Assembly (NCBI GenBank): GCA_964276105.1
Contig: CAXYEE010000017.1
Location: 212-64,211 of the forward strand
Source of the DNA: an uncultured Gammaproteobacteria bacterium
Lineage (GTDB): Bacteria; Pseudomonadota; Gammaproteobacteria; Steroidobacterales; Rariloculaceae
Reading direction: 5' to 3'
Length of the DNA stretch: 64,000 bases
The notes beneath the pieces are model-generated. The model did no database searches and was not told the DNA's origin. It was given only the letters and a program-made list of their open reading frames with translations. Below are positions 59,236-64,000 of the stretch, piece after piece (within the stretch, counting starts at the first letter, position 1; each line of letters starts with the position of its first letter). The position numbers and the translations under genes are program-made.

Positions 59236-60267
59236 ATGAGCTCACAGGCTACCAACTTACTTGAGAAGGTTATGGCAAAAACTGATCTCACCGAAGATGA
59301 ATCGGCTTCCATCTTAAATGGAATGGCCTCAGGTGATTTGCCGCCTGCACTTGCTGGTGGGTTGCTCGTTGCACTCCGCGCAAAAGGTGAAGTTACAACT
59401 GAAATTCGTGGTTTTGCAAATGCAATGCGTGAACTTGCTATCAAACCATCTCTCCCAGACGGGGAACCCTACGTAGATATAGTTGGTACAGGGGGCGATG
59501 GTTCTGGCAGTTTGAATCTATCCACTGGTAGCGCACTACTCGCTGCTGTATGTGGCGCAAAAGTTTTGAAGCATGGGAACCGGTCAGTCTCCAGTCTATC
59601 TGGTAGCGCTGACGTCTTAAAAGCACTTGGACTACCAGTTCCTATGGATGAACAACAAATCGTAGACTGTTTGAATGAACTAGGATTCACTTTTCTATTT
59701 GCACCTAGTTATCACCCTGCCATGAAAGCTATTGCACCTGTACGTCAGGCTCTTGGCGTAAGAACAACATTTAATATTCTCGGACCCTTAGCAAACCCAG
59801 CATGCCCTCCTTTTCATGTGATTGGCGCTTACAGCGAGTCGATGGCAGAGTTAATGGCGAATACGTTATCCGGATTAGATGCAAAGCGCAGTTTTGTTGT
59901 ACATGGCGCCCCTGGGTGGGATGAGCCTACCCCGGTAGGACCTTTCCTATGCTTCGATGTTCGCCCTGGCTCGGTAATAAAAACTGTTCGAGACCCTGCG
60001 GATTATGGCCTAGCCCGTTGCACAGCGACTGATCTAGAAGGCGGGACACCGGAAGAAAATGCAAAACGTTTGCGCAGCGCCTTGTGCAATGGTGATAGTA
60101 ATGCTCATCGAGAAGCATTGATTCTTGGTGCAGCTTTGGCTTTAGAAGTAACTGGTGCCGTCTCAAACCCAGAAAGTGGCGTTCATGTAGCGCGCAACGC
60201 ACTTAATGATGGGCATGGTAAAAAGTTCATTGAACAAATGGAATCTTTTGGTAAAAGACAAAACTAA
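59236..60267 (+). CDS. trpD: Anthranilate phosphoribosyltransferase
   Basis: GTGGDG, KHGNRS, NILGPL motifs. ATG 59236 has GGAGG 6 nt upstream; the alternative start is 59230. Confidence 0.93.
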   Translation: MSSQATNLLEKVMAKTDLTEDESASILNGMASGDLPPALAGGLLVALRAKGEVTTEIRGFANAMRELAIKPSLPDGEPYVDIVGTGGDGSGSLNLSTGSALLAAVCGAKVLKHGNRSVSSLSGSADVLKALGLPVPMDEQQIVDCLNELGFTFLFAPSYHPAMKAIAPVRQALGVRTTFNILGPLANPACPPFHVIGAYSESMAELMANTLSGLDAKRSFVVHGAPGWDEPTPVGPFLCFDVRPGSVIKTVRDPADYGLARCTATDLEGGTPEENAKRLRSALCNGDSNAHREALILGAALALEVTGAVSNPESGVHVARNALNDGHGKKFIEQMESFGKRQN

Positions 60268-61130
60268 TGAAACGTAGTACTTCTGACAAAGCTAACAAAG
60301 GATCATTCTTGGAAAAAATGGCCCAAGCTAGCCGGCTTCGTGCAAAACAAGCAAAAGCTAAAGAAGCGGAGGGGGGTCTCCTTAATCGTGCCGCTGCAAT
60401 GCCTAGCCCACCCCCACTAAAGTTGAGCGGCTTTAACGTAATCGCTGAATTAAAGCGGCGATCACCAGCCATGGGTGATCTTGTGGATAGTGGGTTCTCA
60501 CATGATGCACAACTTGATGCTTATGCCAAAGGTGGTGCTGCTGCCATCTCCATTTTGACAGAACCCGATGAATTCAAAGGCTCCTTAAAAGACCTTTATG
60601 ATGCATCAGCCTCACTGTTTGATAGAGGCATTCCAACTATGCGAAAAGACTTTCTTACCGATCCTTATCAGGTGCTAGAGTCTCGTGCTGCCGGCGCTAG
60701 CGGCATCCTTGCTATTGTTGCACCATTAAGTGACTCAGAAGTGAACTCGTTATTAAGTTGTGCCGACGAGCTAGGGCTTTTTGTCCTTTTGGAATGTTTT
60801 GATCAAGAGGATCTAGAACGTACGTCAGCTATGAATATAAGCGACCATTACACAGTACCAGTACTCTGTGGTATTAATTGCCGAAACCTCAAAACTCTAG
60901 AGGTTGATTTTGATCGTTTTCGGCAACTCGCAACTCATATGCCACCGACACTACACTCAGTAGCTGAAAGCGGTATTAGCTCTTCAGAAGAAATAAAAGC
61001 GATTGTGAAGCTAGGATATAAAACTGCTCTAATTGGATCAGCACTTATGCGTGCTGAAGACACTGCTGGTAGATTGACGTCCCTGAAGCAAGCGGGGTTG
61101 GATGAGCTTGGTGGCACTATATGTTCATAA
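60267..61130 (+). CDS. trpC: Indole-3-glycerol phosphate synthase
   Basis: VIAELKRRSP, ISILTEPDEF.GS, MRKDF, INCRNL motifs; TAATG overlap with trpD; monofunctional (not fused to trpF). Confidence 0.9.
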   Translation: MKRSTSDKANKGSFLEKMAQASRLRAKQAKAKEAEGGLLNRAAAMPSPPPLKLSGFNVIAELKRRSPAMGDLVDSGFSHDAQLDAYAKGGAAAISILTEPDEFKGSLKDLYDASASLFDRGIPTMRKDFLTDPYQVLESRAAGASGILAIVAPLSDSEVNSLLSCADELGLFVLLECFDQEDLERTSAMNISDHYTVPVLCGINCRNLKTLEVDFDRFRQLATHMPPTLHSVAESGISSSEEIKAIVKLGYKTALIGSALMRAEDTAGRLTSLKQAGLDELGGTICS

Positions 61131-61702
61131 AAATCTGTGGTCTAAGCACAGAAAAAGATGTACAGGCAGCAATATCTGCGGGTGCAGATGCATTGGGTTT
61201 CGTCTTTGCCAGCTCGCCGAGAAAGATAAGTCCCGATCGTGCGATCTCCTTATGTAAAAATATTGGAGAACATATAATTCGAGTAGCGGTAATGCGTCAC
61301 CCTACGCCAGATGAGTGGGGCGAAGTGAAATCTGTATTTGCCCCGGACTGGCTTCAGACAGATCATGAAGATTTTAAATCACTCAATCTTGGAGACTGTA
61401 AGCCATTGCCAGTATTTCGGACAGGTCATGTATGTGAGGAAAAAGAATTGCCAAAACCCATGCTTTTTGAGGGTATGAAAAGCGGTGCCGGTGAAAAAGC
61501 TAACTGGGAAGAAGCAGCGCTTGCCGCAACTAGTACACAGTTGATTCTCGCGGGTGGTCTTACTACTGAAAATGTAGCGATAGCAATCAAGTCAGTATCC
61601 CCATGGGGAGTTGATGTATCCAGTGGAGTTGAAGTTGCCCATGGAACTAAAGACCCATCTAAGATTCGAGAGTTTATCGCCCAGGTCAGGGCGACGGAGT
61701 AA
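61121..61702 (+). CDS. trpF: Phosphoribosylanthranilate isomerase
   Basis: MFIKICGL start, GADALGFVF, LAGGL, GVDVSSGVE motifs; 10-nt overlap with trpC. Confidence 0.88.
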   Translation: MFIKICGLSTEKDVQAAISAGADALGFVFASSPRKISPDRAISLCKNIGEHIIRVAVMRHPTPDEWGEVKSVFAPDWLQTDHEDFKSLNLGDCKPLPVFRTGHVCEEKELPKPMLFEGMKSGAGEKANWEEAALAATSTQLILAGGLTTENVAIAIKSVSPWGVDVSSGVEVAHGTKDPSKIREFIAQVRATE

Positions 61703-62973
61703 TGATGATACGACCAAACGAAGAGATAAATGAGAGGGAACTATTTAAAGCGCTTGTTGATGGCAAGCTACCCGATGCTTCTGGGCGTTTTGGACCTTTT
61801 GGAGGACGCTATGTGCCTGAAACCTTAATGCCTGCAATTGAGCGTCTTACAGAAGGTGTTTACCGGTTACTTCCGGATGAATCATTCCAACATAAACTAA
61901 CCTCCCAATTGAAAGAGTGGGTAGGAAGACCAACTGCACTAACTCATGCTGCTAGGCTCTCTAAGGCTTGGGGTGCAGATGTTTGGTTTAAACGCGAAGA
62001 TCTCGCTCATACTGGTGCACATAAAATTAACAATGCAATTGGACAAGCCTTACTTGCTCAAGAACTCGGTGCAACAAGAATAGTTGCAGAAACAGGTGCG
62101 GGACAACATGGGGTTGCCTCAGCAGCAGCTTGTGCACGAGTAGGGCTACCATGTGTAGTCTATATGGGCGAGCTTGATATACAAAGGCAAGCACCAAACG
62201 TTGATCGTATGAAACGTCTGGGCGCTAAGGTAGTATCAGTTAATTCGGGAGACCGCACTCTACGTGCTGCCATCGATGAAGCCATCAGAGATTGGGTTTC
62301 TGATCCAATTGATACCTATTATCTTCTAGGCTCAGCTGTAGGGCCGCATCCATATCCTTTCTTAGTTAGAGAACTACAAGCGGTTATTGGCCGAGAGGCT
62401 AGATCACAACTGGAAACACATGGGGGTCTTCCTGATGCGGTTTTTGCATGCGTTGGAGGAGGATCTAATGCGATTGGTCTTTTTCATGGATTCCTAGCAG
62501 AGGAAAATGTGAGCCTAATCGGTGTAGAGGCAGGGGGTCGTGGCGATAATCTCGGTGATCATTCTGCTACTCTAGGTTCGGGACGTCCAGGTGTACTACA
62601 TGGTGCATACAGCCTTTTATTGTATGACGATCATGGACAAATCCAAGAAACACATTCTGTTTCAGCAGGGCTAGATTATCCTGGGGTTGGCCCTGAACAT
62701 GCCTTATTGAAGCTTGTAGGCAGAGTCAAGTATGTCACCGCAAAAGATTCTGAGGCTTTAGATGCGTTACAGGAGTGTTGTGAATTGGAAGGTATTTTAC
62801 CTGCGCTAGAAACAGCTCATGCTATCGCAGGTGCTCGGCATTGGGCTTCAACAAATCAAGGTGCACGGATCCTTATCGGACTTTCCGGGCGGGGAGACAA
62901 AGATATGCCGATACTCAGTCAGTACCCCATCAAAACACACGGCACAGAAGGGGCTGATAATGCTGCCACATGA
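61702..62973 (+). CDS. trpB: Tryptophan synthase beta chain
   Basis: GRFGPFGGRYVPETL, HTGAHKINN (PLP Lys), GGGSNAIG, SAGLDYPGVGPEH. Confidence 0.95.
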   Translation: MMIRPNEEINERELFKALVDGKLPDASGRFGPFGGRYVPETLMPAIERLTEGVYRLLPDESFQHKLTSQLKEWVGRPTALTHAARLSKAWGADVWFKREDLAHTGAHKINNAIGQALLAQELGATRIVAETGAGQHGVASAAACARVGLPCVVYMGELDIQRQAPNVDRMKRLGAKVVSVNSGDRTLRAAIDEAIRDWVSDPIDTYYLLGSAVGPHPYPFLVRELQAVIGREARSQLETHGGLPDAVFACVGGGSNAIGLFHGFLAEENVSLIGVEAGGRGDNLGDHSATLGSGRPGVLHGAYSLLLYDDHGQIQETHSVSAGLDYPGVGPEHALLKLVGRVKYVTAKDSEALDALQECCELEGILPALETAHAIAGARHWASTNQGARILIGLSGRGDKDMPILSQYPIKTHGTEGADNAAT

Positions 62974-63721
62974 GGCTCTCAAGAACGCCTTAGAAAAATC
63001 TGAAGAATCCGCACTTGTTGCTTTCCTAACGGCCGGCTATCCAGAACCTAAAAATTTCCTTAACGTTCTTCATGATGTATCAGAGGCGGCTGATGCGGTT
63101 GAAATAGGAGTCCCTTTCTCTGATCCAATGGCTGATGGAGTAACTATCCAGCGTTCTAGTCAAGCAGCAATTGAACACGGCGTAAGTCTCGGTTGGATAC
63201 TGGATCAGCTTGGCAATAGACGAACAAGAAGTAATACACCACTACTTCTAATGAGCTATCTCAACCCACTACTTGCTTTTGGTTTCGACGAACTTGCATC
63301 ACGAGCCCTTCAGGTTGGTGTAAGCGGATTTATTATTCCAGACCTTCCATATGAAGAAAGTGCGCCACTTAAGGCATCGCTGGATAAAGTGGGCATTGCT
63401 TTAATTCAACTAGTTACACCAGCTACCCCATCTATGCGCCTTAGCGAAATTTGCCAGGCTAGCCAAGGTTTTGTCTATGCAGTCACGCGGACGGGCATCA
63501 CAGGAAGTGCAGCGCAATTTCCCACGGACTTAGCCGCCTATCTTGCTGCCGTAAAAGAAGCAGCTAAGGTGCCTGTATGCGCTGGTTTTGGAGTTCGAGA
63601 AAGTGAGCAGGTCCGAATGATCTCAAAGCATGCTGACGGAGTTATTGTTGGTTCTGCTCTGGTCGAAGCTCTTGAGAGGGGTGAGAATCCAGGAGAATTT
63701 CTGAGAAGTCTGCGCCCATGA
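62960..63721 (+). CDS. trpA: Tryptophan synthase alpha chain
   Basis: From MLPHEALKNAL: FLTAGYPE, GVPFSDPMADG, GFGV. 14-nt overlap with trpB. The track ORF start at 62819 lies inside trpB and is rejected. Confidence 0.92.
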   Translation: MLPHEALKNALEKSEESALVAFLTAGYPEPKNFLNVLHDVSEAADAVEIGVPFSDPMADGVTIQRSSQAAIEHGVSLGWILDQLGNRRTRSNTPLLLMSYLNPLLAFGFDELASRALQVGVSGFIIPDLPYEESAPLKASLDKVGIALIQLVTPATPSMRLSEICQASQGFVYAVTRTGITGSAAQFPTDLAAYLAAVKEAAKVPVCAGFGVRESEQVRMISKHADGVIVGSALVEALERGENPGEFLRSLRP

Positions 63722-63737
63722 AATGGGTATGCCAACA

Positions 63738-64000
63738 ATGAAAAGATTGATGAGTTTTGAATCTCTTGCTCAAGTTGGGCATCTGAAAAATATACTTGAA
63801 CAATCTGGAATCGATTGCTTGATCAAGAATGAACAGCTCTCTGGAGGTTTAGGCGAGATCCCATTCTTAGACTGCTTACCAGAACTTTGGATTATTCGAG
63901 ATCAGGATTTTTTGCGTGCCGAGTCTCTTCTAAAAGCCACTCTTAATGTTCATATAGGTGAAAAAAGTTGGCGCTGTATTGATTGCGGGGAAAGCAATGA
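63738..64000 (+). CDS. DUF2007-like small protein with C-terminal zinc-ribbon start (5' partial, runs off the window)
   Basis: My translation: MKRLMSFESLAQVGHLKNILEQSGIDCLIKNEQLSGGLGEIP...WRCIDCGESN. Open to the window end; not in the ORF track because there is no stop. Alternative in-frame ATGs at 63723 and 63729. Confidence 0.55.
   Translation, partial: MKRLMSFESLAQVGHLKNILEQSGIDCLIKNEQLSGGLGEIPFLDCLPELWIIRDQDFLRAESLLKATLNVHIGEKSWRCIDCGESN

Noticed and set aside
1-64000. Search for mobile elements, defence systems, CRISPR arrays, tRNA/rRNA genes, prophage or toxin-antitoxin modules
   Set aside because: Every ORF over 100 aa that is not an antisense shadow has a housekeeping assignment or sits in conserved core synteny. 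I saw no transposase, integrase or Cas-like sequences, no spaced direct-repeat arrays, and no cloverleaf-like tRNA candidates in the few intergenic gaps. I conclude the window is ordinary core genome.

Overview
Gene-dense chromosomal core segment with about 62 CDS and very little non-coding DNA. It comes from a moderately AT-rich, apparently streamlined Gammaproteobacterium, judged from classic synteny blocks: tatABC; gmk-rpoZ-spoT-ridA-recG; yicC|rph-rdgB; ponA|aroK-aroB; tesA|ybbA. The content is housekeeping. It includes typA, engB, dsbA, OPT and POT peptide transporters, Tat export and dtd. An azurin gene is followed by an alternative aa3-type cytochrome c oxidase cluster (dihaem-c CoxB, CoxA, two subunit-III paralogues, subunit IV). 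The rest is TRAP DctQM, TrkHA, uvrD, haem O/A synthases, bioBC, ubiA, the stringent-response block, rpmE, gltA, PBP1A, aroKB, pyrF, fadD, ppc, an ABC exporter, an SLC13 permease and a complete unfused trpEGDCFBA operon. I saw no rRNA, tRNA, IS/transposase, integrase, CRISPR, toxin-antitoxin or recognisable defence genes. I therefore do not believe this window holds a novel accessory system, and the findings below are modest and mostly regulatory or architectural. Three non-genic signals are strongest. (1) A perfect head-to-head pair of consensus DnaA boxes lies beside a DUE-like AT-rich repeat tract in the 370-bp rdgB-rpmE spacer. (2) An intrinsic terminator sits directly in front of the trpE ribosome-binding site, with a possible leader ORF, antiterminator and operator. 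(3) A 445-bp AT-rich spacer with helically phased 13-mer repeats lies upstream of azurin. All product calls rest on motif and family recognition by eye, not on database searches.
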